64,000 nucleotides of DNA. Origin: Fidelibacterota bacterium. Lineage in GTDB: Bacteria > Fidelibacterota > Marinisomatia > SCGC-AAA003-L08 > JACNLC01. Shown piece by piece: positions 20,198 through 29,337 of the stretch. The stretch's first letter is position 1, and every line of letters starts with the position of its first letter. The DNA lies in assembly GCA_024277615.1 (NCBI GenBank), contig JAJRUW010000054.1, positions 2,944-66,943 on the forward strand, given 5' to 3'. The notes beneath the pieces were generated by a model, which searched no databases, was not told the DNA's origin, and worked only from the letters and a program-made list of their open reading frames with translations. The translations under genes and the position numbers were made by a program.

Positions 20198-20509
20198 GTG
20201 TTAAAGTTCATCCAATAATATGTTAAGTGAGGTGGTCGTGTTTAAATAACGACAGTGATCCATAGCAGAAAGGGGAATAACCTGCGGATGCAGGACAGGG
20301 ACAGCAGGCAGATATTTCACCGGATACTGACCGCCTGCCGGTCTGTATTTTCCGCAGATCGTGATGTGATTTGTTCATATACGGACCTGAATAATTATTC
20401 AATGGGCTGTTGATAAAAGTATTGGTTTTAAGAATATTTGTCTGAAATTGTTTCCAAAAAAAATCGGTATTTATAGGTGTATTTTAGCATTACCGGGTCG
20501 ATTGGCATC

Positions 20510-23500
20510 TCAAGCCCCCAGAATGACATTGATCAGAATGATCACATCCAAAATGTTCAGCACTCCGTCCTGGTTCAGATCTCCTACTTCTTCCTGCAGC
20601 GGTGAGGGGTCAACGATATCGATGATAATATTGACCATAAGAACGATATCCAGAATATTGGTTGCATTATCGAAATTCAGATCGCCGGGAAGATACTCGG
20701 ACAACATGTGAATGTATGCAGATTTGGTTTCCGTGACCGGATTGCCCGCATAATCCAACACCGTAAGTGAAACATCGTAATCACCCCAGCCGCTGTAATA
20801 ATGCAGAGGATTTTGTTCCATGCTGGTTTCTCCATCGCCAAAATCCCATTGCCACCAGCCTACAAACCCGCTTGATTCGTCAGTGAATCTTATCTGGGCC
20901 GGGGAAAGCGCCGATGTGATATCGGCCGAAAAATCAGCTGTCACCGGATCACCGGCTGCGTAAACCCGCTCTGTATATTCAATACTGCTTTGAGCAATCT
21001 GTGTGTCACTTCGCAACTGGAGGTAATAATACTCATTCGGATTTATGATCATCTGCTCTCCTGACAGATCCTGCCAGTCTGTCCATTCGATCAGACTCAC
21101 CTGGTCGAACCAGGACCGGGCTTCCCCTGAGACAGGCATATCGCTGTTCAGCCGGATGTCAAAATAGCGTGTTGAGGATGGTGGATTTGTATCCTGATAA
21201 TAATAGGTCCAGTCCGTCGTTCCGTTTACATGACTGCCTATATCGTGAGTCACGAGTTGAGAACCGGACGAGCGATTGTGATAATAACGAACTTCAACGG
21301 TTACATTACTGCCATTCTGGGTTTTGATATATCCCTGGAGAGAGTAGTCTTTATCGGGATCTATTTTGACCCGGTTTTGAAGATTCGTCACGATATTATC
21401 TCCTGAATTGGGTAACCGCCGGTGTGTAATGGAGCGCATTCCCCGAAAGGCAATCGTCGTATCCAGCCATTCATCACTACTGTTCAAATTCCATTGAGAG
21501 CTGCCCTCAGCCTCCATATTCCCGTACCAGATCCGTTCTTTACCCAGTCTGAACTGCCAGTTACCATCTGCCTCAGGCTGTTGCAAGACAGCGGGATTCC
21601 CCGTATTATGCACTTTTACGGGGTTTGATATCCAGCCGTTGATGGATGGTGACAGGTTCAGAGGTTTTCTGCTAATGACATCAGTAACGGGCATGTTGAG
21701 GGTGTCTGTAACGATGTGGGCAAGTACCGAGTCCCGGTCGATATATAAATATGTATCGAGCTCACGGGATTTATCGGCGAGGTGATCCAGGATATATAGT
21801 CCCAGGTCTCCCTCCGCTCTCCGGGGAATATAATGATCTATATATACAGGCGTTGCGAAAAAGGCGGTGAATCCGGAATCATCAGCATCAGCGTTGAGAA
21901 TGACGGACGGGAAAGTCTCTTCATAGCTGAGGTCAAAGACGAAATTCCCCAAGGAATGAGCAATGAGTTTACCATTATAGAGTTCAAATCCCTGAATAAT
22001 ATGAGGATGGTGTACGATTACCAGGTCTGCCCCCGAGTCGATGGCGAAATGACGAATTTCACGATCCCACATATGCGGGATATCGAGATAGGGAGAATAG
22101 TTTTCATCTTCATCAGAGAAATCTGGAATATCCATATTGCGGTTATCTTCAACCGGGGCCTGAAAAGTCTGAGGGTCAAGACCATCCCCGTTGAAGAAGT
22201 TATCATAGTTGGCGCCGGGGCCGGTAGAATACTCACTGCCGGCATGCATTTCCATCACAATGAGATCGGCATCTGCCTGTACCGCCTCAATCTGTTGCAG
22301 GAGATAATAAGGACTAAGATAGGCGAATCCGGGTTTGTTGTAGCCCGAATTCAAATAGGGCTGTGCATTATTGTACTGGCCTGTGCGGTCGGAATTTGAC
22401 AAAAAGGCAATGGAAAGTCCTTTTGCAGAATAAAACAAAGGCTGATAAGCTTCCTGCGAATTTTCACCGGCACCGGAAAATAAAATATTATGATTCGATA
22501 ACACATTTTGAGTCGATTGCAGACCGTACAGGCCATAATCGATGGCATGGTTGTTGGCCAGAGTCACAACATCGATCCCGGCATGTACCAATCCGTTAAC
22601 ATTATTAGGATTTCCACGGAAAACTATGGATTTTGTCGGGTGGGGTGTTCCACCGGTCGTGAGCGGACATTCAAGGTTCGAGACGCTGATATCGGCCGCA
22701 TCACCAAGCCAGGGCAGAGTGGGGTCAAAAATTGATTCCACGCCGCTGGTTTCGATGATCCCGCCGTTATCCTCAAAATGCCGCGCCAGCATGATATCTC
22801 CGGTAAAATTCATTGTAAGCGGAAAACTGCTGTCACCGCTGTCCACTTCAATTTGCACCGTAGCCCTGCCCCAGAGTCCTGAACTATCGGCAACTTGCAG
22901 GAGAACCGTGTAAGGATGATCATCCTCGATGATAAAAGTATGCACCGGGTTTGCCTCATCACTGGTTTCACCATCACCGAAGTTCCAGAAATATTCAAAT
23001 TCGTCACTGTCCGGGTCCGTAACGCTGCTGGAAAATGCTACATCGATATTTCTGCTGCCATCTTGCCGACGATACAGATTGCCGAGCTCAAAGGTAATCT
23101 CAACATGAGGGGAGATGGCCAAAACGGGCGTAATATCGAGGACTTCATCGAAGTAGGCCACGCTGCTGTCGTCATCATCCGCATCATTTACGAAAATCAA
23201 GCCGCTAATAACAGGGTAGTAATCGTACCAGGCATACCAGTCATCGGCAAGGGGGAGCTCATAGATATTCCAGTTACGTAGGGGCATGGCTCCCTGGTAC
23301 ACCGGCACCCAATCTTCGATATCCAGCAGTTGACTGCCGCTGAACGAGTACATGAGCGTATGTGCGGAATCCTGTACCCCAAAGCCCTGAATCTCACCCT
23401 CATACTGGGTATAACAGGACACACGCCATACCGTACCGCTGTCCACTGCTGCCGGCTGAATGGATTCGGTTTTCCAGGTATTACCGTACAGTTTGAGTGC

Positions 23501-25261
23501 ATACGGTGACTCCATAAAAGTGTAGGTCGTCGATAGAGCCCAGTGATCGGGTTCGAGGTCCTGGTCCTGAAAAGATCCCAGTTCAACTTCGCCATCATCA
23601 AAATTTTCGATGATCGTATGTGACTGATGCCCTGGGATGGTATCGGTTGTAGCCGTACTCAACTCACCGGCGTTGTCAAAATAATCCACTCCGCGAACCC
23701 TGAAAAGATAGTCTGCCTCACCGTCAAGACCGAGAACAGTCGTACTGATCTGCAGCATATCCAGCAAATCTTCGTCATTGGTTACATCCCAGAAAGGAGA
23801 ATTTTCATCCACGGACACTGTGTCATAAAAAACCTGGTAAGTTCTGAAGTTTGTGTCTTCTGTGTGACTCCATTCAAGGCTGACATAGTGGTATCCGTCA
23901 TAGGTCGAGTGGAGGTTTTGAACCTGTGCGGGGGCAGTTGTATCAGGTACCGTTTCCCAGTTTACGAGATAAGCTTGAACGGCATCGATAAAGGGCTGAT
24001 AGTAGTCCAGGAGAATTTGGAAATTTTGATATGATGTTGGATAGCTGCCGGCATACAGTTCTGTCAGGGGCATATCCAAATCCTGGAATATTTGGGGCTT
24101 TTCATGCAGTTCACACTGCACCCAGGGTTCATAGACACTGCGGTTATCAAAATATTGACGAAGATAGTTCATCTGAACACCGGTATTGGGACCAAGCAGA
24201 GTATAGGTGTGCGGGATGGGGTAATTCTGCGTTTCACCGTAATAATAAAATGAGCCGTTATAATACACCTGATAATAATCATCGATCATTACCGGTTCGT
24301 GAATTCCAAAAGTGTTTTCAGGTATCGTGATTTCATTGGTAAAATTGACAAAATCGAGATGACTATCCGTTATATCCCGAATAGGTTTATTGGCATAGCC
24401 TGCATCCCAGCCCCCTGAAAGTACGATGGAGCGGAATCCGGCATGGGAACTGTTATCGTCAAAGCTGTGCATGTGCAGAACGAGCGGAGAATGGGGGCCG
24501 GTTTGTATCAGCGAATCACTCAATACTTCATGGTAAATCTGAAAAACAGAATTGGCATTTCTGGAGGGGTCAGACCGGGACTTATTATTTGAGTAATTGC
24601 CGCTTTCAGTCCATTTGACTTCGCGTCCGGCACCTGAGATCATCATTGCAAGAGCATCTGTCTCCCTAAAAAGTCGTGTGCCCACGTAGGGAGCAATGAA
24701 ATCATCGCAGGGATGGGGAATTTCTACGATCAATTGCTGCCGGGTTGCTACCGGATTAAGTATGTACAGACCCCAGCCGTTAGCAAAGCTGCCTGAAACC
24801 TCATCCCCGGTAATGTCCGGTTGGTTGGGATCGAAATAAGAATAATCCAGGTTTTCCCGGAGCATGTAGTAGGTCCTGGCATAGGTTGTATCCGTAAATT
24901 CGACGAGTACATAATGAAACGTTGACAACGAATCGGTAAGCAGCTGGTCTGCGGTGTTAATCTCACCGCGCAGCAGGTGCAGGAAAATACTCCTCCAATA
25001 CGGCAGTGTCGGACTGTCTCCCGGAATGATGCGATAATCGCCGAAGCCGTTCGTCTGCACATCCAGCCAGTCCGGACCGTAATCATTGTAGCCCGGGTCT
25101 GCCAGGCCTTCGGAGATATGGCTGACATAGTTCTCATACTCCGTTCCCGGAGAGACCCCGCCGATGAATTCCTGCAGATCGCCCGATTCATAGATGATTT
25201 CGGCGTGAATACACTGATACAGTATGAGCGCCAGGATGATACTGATTATTGTTTTATTCAT
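20510..25261 (-). CDS. Giant secreted multidomain protein: N-terminal hydrolase-like region, FN3, PKD, CapA/PGA_cap metallophosphatase-like domain, CBM-like jelly-roll, PKD, C-terminal dockerin
   Basis: 1583 aa with a signal peptide. FN3 lies at about nt 23660-23945. The two PKD domains carry the WNFGDGETS and WDFGDGETS motifs. The CapA-like segment (FTGDIMLARH...LECPLT...VTLANNHAIDYG...VHHPHIIQG) lies at about nt 21830-22813. Two dockerin Ca-loops (DLNFDNATNILD and DLNQDGVLNILD) sit at the C-terminus. Confidence 0.8.
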   Translation of the reverse strand: MNKTIISIILALILYQCIHAEIIYESGDLQEFIGGVSPGTEYENYVSHISEGLADPGYNDYGPDWLDVQTNGFGDYRIIPGDSPTLPYWRSIFLHLLRGEINTADQLLTDSLSTFHYVLVEFTDTTYARTYYMLRENLDYSYFDPNQPDITGDEVSGSFANGWGLYILNPVATRQQLIVEIPHPCDDFIAPYVGTRLFRETDALAMMISGAGREVKWTESGNYSNNKSRSDPSRNANSVFQIYHEVLSDSLIQTGPHSPLVLHMHSFDDNSSHAGFRSIVLSGGWDAGYANKPIRDITDSHLDFVNFTNEITIPENTFGIHEPVMIDDYYQVYYNGSFYYYGETQNYPIPHTYTLLGPNTGVQMNYLRQYFDNRSVYEPWVQCELHEKPQIFQDLDMPLTELYAGSYPTSYQNFQILLDYYQPFIDAVQAYLVNWETVPDTTAPAQVQNLHSTYDGYHYVSLEWSHTEDTNFRTYQVFYDTVSVDENSPFWDVTNDEDLLDMLQISTTVLGLDGEADYLFRVRGVDYFDNAGELSTATTDTIPGHQSHTIIENFDDGEVELGSFQDQDLEPDHWALSTTYTFMESPYALKLYGNTWKTESIQPAAVDSGTVWRVSCYTQYEGEIQGFGVQDSAHTLMYSFSGSQLLDIEDWVPVYQGAMPLRNWNIYELPLADDWYAWYDYYPVISGLIFVNDADDDDSSVAYFDEVLDITPVLAISPHVEITFELGNLYRRQDGSRNIDVAFSSSVTDPDSDEFEYFWNFGDGETSDEANPVHTFIIEDDHPYTVLLQVADSSGLWGRATVQIEVDSGDSSFPLTMNFTGDIMLARHFEDNGGIIETSGVESIFDPTLPWLGDAADISVSNLECPLTTGGTPHPTKSIVFRGNPNNVNGLVHAGIDVVTLANNHAIDYGLYGLQSTQNVLSNHNILFSGAGENSQEAYQPLFYSAKGLSIAFLSNSDRTGQYNNAQPYLNSGYNKPGFAYLSPYYLLQQIEAVQADADLIVMEMHAGSEYSTGPGANYDNFFNGDGLDPQTFQAPVEDNRNMDIPDFSDEDENYSPYLDIPHMWDREIRHFAIDSGADLVIVHHPHIIQGFELYNGKLIAHSLGNFVFDLSYEETFPSVILNADADDSGFTAFFATPVYIDHYIPRRAEGDLGLYILDHLADKSRELDTYLYIDRDSVLAHIVTDTLNMPVTDVISRKPLNLSPSINGWISNPVKVHNTGNPAVLQQPEADGNWQFRLGKERIWYGNMEAEGSSQWNLNSSDEWLDTTIAFRGMRSITHRRLPNSGDNIVTNLQNRVKIDPDKDYSLQGYIKTQNGSNVTVEVRYYHNRSSGSQLVTHDIGSHVNGTTDWTYYYQDTNPPSSTRYFDIRLNSDMPVSGEARSWFDQVSLIEWTDWQDLSGEQMIINPNEYYYLQLRSDTQIAQSSIEYTERVYAAGDPVTADFSADITSALSPAQIRFTDESSGFVGWWQWDFGDGETSMEQNPLHYYSGWGDYDVSLTVLDYAGNPVTETKSAYIHMLSEYLPGDLNFDNATNILDIVLMVNIIIDIVDPSPLQEEVGDLNQDGVLNILDVIILINVILGA

Positions 25262-25363
25262 GTGGATTATCCTGAAAAACCAAGCATAAATTTATTACGT
25301 CGAAGCCAAATAGTAACGAGGTTTGTTGTAACGGGTGTTTGCCTGTGGAACCCGCAGCTGGGT

Positions 25364-25392
25364 AAAAAAAAGCCCCGGCTGTGAACCGGGGC
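25364..25392 (-). terminator. Rho-independent terminator downstream of hsp20
   Basis: The minus strand reads GCCCCGG-TTCACAG-CCGGGGC followed by TTTTTTTT, 18 nt after the hsp20 stop. Confidence 0.65.
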
Positions 25393-25409
25393 AGTGGGCG
25401 AAAGCCCGA

Positions 25410-25853
25410 TTATTTTATGGCGATTTGCTTTACTGGTGGTTTCACGGGTTCCACTTTCTTGACTTTCAGCGTGAGAACGCCATTCTTGAAGTTTGCTGAG
25501 ATATTATCCTCATCCACATCTTCCGAAAGTCTCAGCGTCCGTGAAAACTTCCCGTAACTGATCTCGTTGACTATAGAGTCTTCATCCTTGGCTCTCTTTT
25601 CCGTTTTGCGTTCACCGGTGATTCTGAGGACCCCATCGGCCACAGAGATGTCGATATCCTTTTTATCCATTCCCGGTAAATCCATGGTGATCTCATAGCT
25701 GTTTTTGTTTTCGTGGATGTCCATGGCCGGATACCAGGAAGTATCCACATCGCCCTGCAGGTCACGGGCCATGTAGTTGATCATACGGTTAATATCATCA
25801 AAGATATTAAATGCAGGTTTACTTGTGATTGGTGTCCATTTTACGAGTGTCAT
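25410..25853 (-). CDS. Hsp20/alpha-crystallin family small heat-shock protein
   Basis: 147 aa with an alpha-crystallin domain (DLPGMDKKDIDISV...GVLRITGER...NGVLTL). A strong AAGGAG RBS lies upstream. Confidence 0.9.
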   Translation of the reverse strand: MTLVKWTPITSKPAFNIFDDINRMINYMARDLQGDVDTSWYPAMDIHENKNSYEITMDLPGMDKKDIDISVADGVLRITGERKTEKRAKDEDSIVNEISYGKFSRTLRLSEDVDEDNISANFKNGVLTLKVKKVEPVKPPVKQIAIK

Positions 25854-26030
25854 TTTAGTCTCCTTTTTTTATGATTCTCTAATTTCTTGACTTCCGCCTT
25901 TCGGCTTACGGGGTGGTTTTTGACAAAGTTTATACCAAGGACGAAGGTAAGACATTTTTATAGTTTTGCTTAACTGATAGAGTCATGATGGCAGTATGGG
26001 CTGCCGATGTGGCGTTTTAGTATGAAAGTG

Positions 26031-26065
26031 TGGAACAAAACCGCTTCCCGTTAGGGCCAGCGGTT
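26031..26065 (-). terminator. Putative intrinsic terminator after the YidD-like gene
   Basis: The minus strand reads AACCGCT-(13 nt loop)-AGCGGTT followed by TTGTT, 38 nt after the stop at 26103. Confidence 0.4.
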
Positions 26066-26102
26066 AAATCTCAGCGTGTAACAGGCCTGTGTTTTGTTGA
26101 TA

Positions 26103-26717
26103 TCACTCTTTTGACTGCAGGGCGCTTCTGTAAGCCCCGTAGAAATCCGCCAGCCAGAAGGTTAGCGCCACGGCACCCAGCAGTGAGGGTGCAATCTGAT
26201 TTCCGTTCTGGAAACCGGTATAGCTGATATAACCCAAACTGCCAATCAGGGAGAAGCTGATAATGGCATCCAATCCGTGCCCGGCATATAGACGACCGAG
26301 ACCTGGAAATACAGAAAGTGCAAGGGCGATTTGTGGATTTTTAGGGCTTTGATTTGTAGGAGTGATTTTAATGGGATCAATCAACCTGCCGTCAGATGTA
26401 AAGCACGGGTCGGCAGTCTCAAGATGATATGTCAAGGCAGCGGGATTACAGCGCAGAATGCGGTCGCTGCCCACAATGACACCTCTAAGCACACCGTAAT
26501 GTGCAATGGACAAGGCCATAAACTGGGAGCAGGAAGGCTCAAACTGACAACCCATGTGATCGGAAGAATAGGATAACTCCTGCCAAAGTTTGATAGGATA
26601 AATGGCAGTCTTTTTAAACAGTCCTGTCTGTGCCTGGGCAAGGATGGAATCTGCAGGCACATCTGCCTGTCCACAGAGTATCTTCAGGCAAATCAGACAG
26701 AGGAGTATGCGGATCAA
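26103..26717 (-). CDS. YidD-domain (membrane protein insertion efficiency factor-like) protein fused to a C-terminal multi-TM extension
   Basis: The CQFEPSCSQFMALSIAHYG...GSDRILRCNP motif matches the YidD signature (CRFxPSCSxY...RIxRCHP). About 90 extra residues of hydrophobic Gly-rich segments follow. Confidence 0.65.
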   Translation of the reverse strand: MIRILLCLICLKILCGQADVPADSILAQAQTGLFKKTAIYPIKLWQELSYSSDHMGCQFEPSCSQFMALSIAHYGVLRGVIVGSDRILRCNPAALTYHLETADPCFTSDGRLIDPIKITPTNQSPKNPQIALALSVFPGLGRLYAGHGLDAIISFSLIGSLGYISYTGFQNGNQIAPSLLGAVALTFWLADFYGAYRSALQSKE

Positions 26718-27574
26718 TGGTTTTTAAAGTGATAGGTGAAACCAACATAGGGGAAAAAGGGAAATCCGTCGGTATCATTGATCCAGTCGCTGACAGTGAC
26801 CAACGCAAAATCAATTGTGAGATAGTCTGCTGTGTACCGGGGACCTGCACTGATCAGGACGGAGCCGTTAGGGAAACGATAATTTTCACTGACGAGAGCG
26901 ATACGGTCGTTTAACTGCTTTTTGCCGGCAATAACGAGAGTCGGGCTGTTACCAAGCTCCCAGTCACTGTCATAGCGGGTGTACCCGTACATCAGGGAAA
27001 AACTGATATTACCGGGATGACTGCCCAGGGTCAGTGTAGTAAAGAGAACTCCCAGACCGACTCCCAGGTCCTGCTCTGTGACGGAAAAATTTTCAACCCC
27101 CACAGCCATGGCCGAGCCCTTTTTTTCAAACAAAGTTGCTTTTACTAAAAAATAATAAGGCACCTGCACCATCCCGGGGAATAGTAAGATACCGCCGTGG
27201 GCAGAAATCTGATCGGTAAAGGCATAGGTCAGTGAGGGAAAAAACAGGCATTTATTCGAGCAATATTTTGAGCGTTTTTTCAAGGCAAATGCGTTTGGGG
27301 ATAAAAAGTATTTCGTATAATTCGGGTCTGTTCGCTGAACGGATTTTCCCCGGATCAGGATATCATCGGCAATTTCACGAGATTCGATTTGTTCTTTCGG
27401 AATTGTGTATTCTGCTCCGGATACCGATTTGAGAATGATCACATTCTCATCTTCGTGTATGACGGCTCCCACAAATGTGTTGCCGTCCAGTGTTTTTATC
27501 TCAACATATTGCTGGTCTGTCTGGGCGATAAGAAGTGTTATGATTGAGAGTATTAATAGCAAAAACGATTTCAT
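26714..27574 (-). CDS. Hypothetical secreted / outer-membrane protein
   Basis: Signal peptide MKSFLLLILSIITLLIAQ, then alternating beta-strand-like sequence with an aromatic-rich C-terminus. No family recognised. Start chosen at ATG 27574. Confidence 0.45.
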   Translation of the reverse strand: MKSFLLLILSIITLLIAQTDQQYVEIKTLDGNTFVGAVIHEDENVIILKSVSGAEYTIPKEQIESREIADDILIRGKSVQRTDPNYTKYFLSPNAFALKKRSKYCSNKCLFFPSLTYAFTDQISAHGGILLFPGMVQVPYYFLVKATLFEKKGSAMAVGVENFSVTEQDLGVGLGVLFTTLTLGSHPGNISFSLMYGYTRYDSDWELGNSPTLVIAGKKQLNDRIALVSENYRFPNGSVLISAGPRYTADYLTIDFALVTVSDWINDTDGFPFFPYVGFTYHFKNH

Positions 27575-27617
27575 GATTAGTCTCCATATTGATGGTCCGC
27601 TAACAGGCACCATGAAT

Positions 27618-27968
27618 TTAACAGGTCAAATGTAAAATAGCATTTGTTTTGGCAGGGTCCCGGGCCAGGAGTTCCGCTGCTGCTCCTGTTTTGAGAAGTC
27701 TGAGCTGCACTTGCTTTTGTTCGGCCAGTCTGTGTACATCTTCCGATACCGGCAGGCTGCCGTACATGCCGGTGCCGATAATCAGAGTATGGCAATCCCA
27801 GGGAATATTTTCAGTTGTAGTCAGGGGTGTGTGCGCATAGCGTCCTTTCAAAGCCCGGCTGTTTTTTTTATTCCGTTTGAGAATCTTACCGTCGTCTATG
27901 ACAATATCGTGGGTGTAGCAGATGCCATTGATTTCTATTTCACCAAAAGTTGTATAGTTGATATGCAT
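27618..27968 (-). CDS. Mth938-like (DUF498) domain protein
   Basis: 116 aa. TLIIGTGMYGSLPVSEDV...LLKTGAAAELLA resembles the Mth938-fold family pattern (llIGtG....l.p......T..A...yN). Confidence 0.55.
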   Translation of the reverse strand: MHINYTTFGEIEINGICYTHDIVIDDGKILKRNKKNSRALKGRYAHTPLTTTENIPWDCHTLIIGTGMYGSLPVSEDVHRLAEQKQVQLRLLKTGAAAELLARDPAKTNAILHLTC

Positions 27969-28161
27969 GCTGAATGGTCTTCTTATTCAAACAGGAACCG
28001 TTCAAAGTTTACGCTTATTTAGGCAATTAAGACCAGCTTTTCTAATCCCTTGAACAGTACAAGCCGCAAAAATGAAGGGAGTTGAAAAAAGCGCTGCCAG
28101 TGGGGTGTAAGCTTGCTTCTGTTTTTTTAAAGTATAAGGTTTTTCAGCTTGCCGTTTGTGC

Positions 28162-28434
28162 TCAATCCCGGGTTGAAATCTGATCCACTACGCCAACAAT
28201 GACAGCACGGACGGGAGCGTTTGCCCGGTCAACAATCTGTCTTGCGGAATTACCCTCATCGATGACCAGTACCGTTTCGCCGGCTCCTGTGCCCACCGTA
28301 TCGACGGCGATGACATATTCTCCGGTGGGTTTACTTTTGTAATCCAGATAATCGACGATCAGCAGTTTTCTGCCATTGTAAAAAGAATGATTAATGGTTG
28401 AATGGATGGCTCCCCGAATTTTTCCAAGCTGCAT
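28162..28434 (-). CDS. BMC-P pentameric vertex protein (EutN/CcmL/PduN family), copy 3
   Basis: 90 aa. The MQLGKIRGAIHST...LLIVDYLD...VIAVDTVGTGAGETVLV pattern is the EutN/CcmL OB-fold. Confidence 0.85.
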   Translation of the reverse strand: MQLGKIRGAIHSTINHSFYNGRKLLIVDYLDYKSKPTGEYVIAVDTVGTGAGETVLVIDEGNSARQIVDRANAPVRAVIVGVVDQISTRD

Positions 28435-28730
28435 CAGTCATCACTCCTCTCCACCGGATAGTCAGTGAGTTTAACATTGTCCACGATGCCGATAATGGCG
28501 TGGTCCACGGGGACGAACCAGGGTTCCAGAGCCAGGGCGGCCTCCCTTGAGCTTTCGTAGTAGATCAATTCACCGCGCCCGCACATACGGGTAGTATCCG
28601 CCGCCACAAAAGGAGAACCGGCCGGGGCCTGTTGCGGGTTCAGAGGCTGGATCAGCAGTAAAGGGACGCCTTCCAGGCCCGTATATACGACACAGGGCGT
28701 CAGCGTACCGATGACCTTACCCAGGTGCAT
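28434..28730 (-). CDS. BMC-P pentameric vertex protein (EutN/CcmL family), copy 2
   Basis: 98 aa. MHLGKVIGTLTPCVVYTGLEGVPLLLIQP...FVAADTT matches EutN/CcmL. Confidence 0.85.
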   Translation of the reverse strand: MHLGKVIGTLTPCVVYTGLEGVPLLLIQPLNPQQAPAGSPFVAADTTRMCGRGELIYYESSREAALALEPWFVPVDHAIIGIVDNVKLTDYPVERSDD

Positions 28731-28731
28731 T

Positions 28732-29337
28732 TTAAATTTCCCCTCCCGGCAGTTGCCGTAAACTGGCAGTCTTGAAACTTGTGGAATGCTCTATCTGCCC
28801 GAGCATCTCCTCCGACAGCCTGGGGATCAAGGTTTCGTTCAGCCAGAGAGATGGCGGATCAATGACTGATCTTGCCAACTCGATTGCAGCGCTTACGGCT
28901 TCGAGCCGTCCGTTAAAGATGGCCAGGCCTTTGCCGCCGATATCGTCACCAAGGCGGAGTTCCACAAGACGGATATCCGTTCCTTTCAGTGACTTGTCTG
29001 CGGCTTTCACAACGGCGGACAGGGTTTCGGTTTCGATAACTGCCAGGGACTCCATCTCAATCGCTTGACGAGTCCCAAGGATTGCTGCATGAACCTCAGG
29101 ATGTACATCGGGCAGGAACAGTTCGTCAAGGATATGGCCTTTACCGCAGGCCAGACCTTCGCGGTAAGATTCCTCCACCGCAGCGACACTGCCGCCGATC
29201 AGGACTATGTACTTTCCATTGTGAACTGTACCGGACCTCAAAACGGTGATGGGTGCTTTTTTTACCATGGCGTCACCTGCATGTATCCCGGCAGGGATGT
29301 GGGCAAACTCGAGAAGGGCAATGGCAGGATATTTCAT
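28732..29337 (-). CDS. BMC-T tandem-domain shell protein, PduT-like
   Basis: 201 aa and collinear with PduT (AIALLEF...GDAMVKKA...GKYIVLIGGSVAAVEES...LAVIETETLSAVVKAADKSLKG...GGKGLAIFNG). The position of PduT's Fe-S ligand Cys38 is occupied by His39. Confidence 0.8.
   Translation of the reverse strand: MKYPAIALLEFAHIPAGIHAGDAMVKKAPITVLRSGTVHNGKYIVLIGGSVAAVEESYREGLACGKGHILDELFLPDVHPEVHAAILGTRQAIEMESLAVIETETLSAVVKAADKSLKGTDIRLVELRLGDDIGGKGLAIFNGRLEAVSAAIELARSVIDPPSLWLNETLIPRLSEEMLGQIEHSTSFKTASLRQLPGGEI

Noticed and set aside
20198-20509. A 312-bp intergenic region between the efflux operon and the giant exoprotein gene, scanned for RNA genes, repeats or small ORFs.
   Set aside because: I saw no convincing hairpin-terminator, tRNA-like structure or conserved small ORF. 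It most probably holds the promoter and 5' UTR of the efflux operon plus the 3' end of the giant gene.
25854-26030. Possible sigma-32-type heat-shock promoter or ROSE-like thermosensor upstream of hsp20.
   Set aside because: The region has a strong RBS (AAGGAG) and a small GCC-GAAA-GGC hairpin. I could not align a convincing CTTGAA / CCCCATNT pair with proper spacing or a ROSE-type structure masking the SD.
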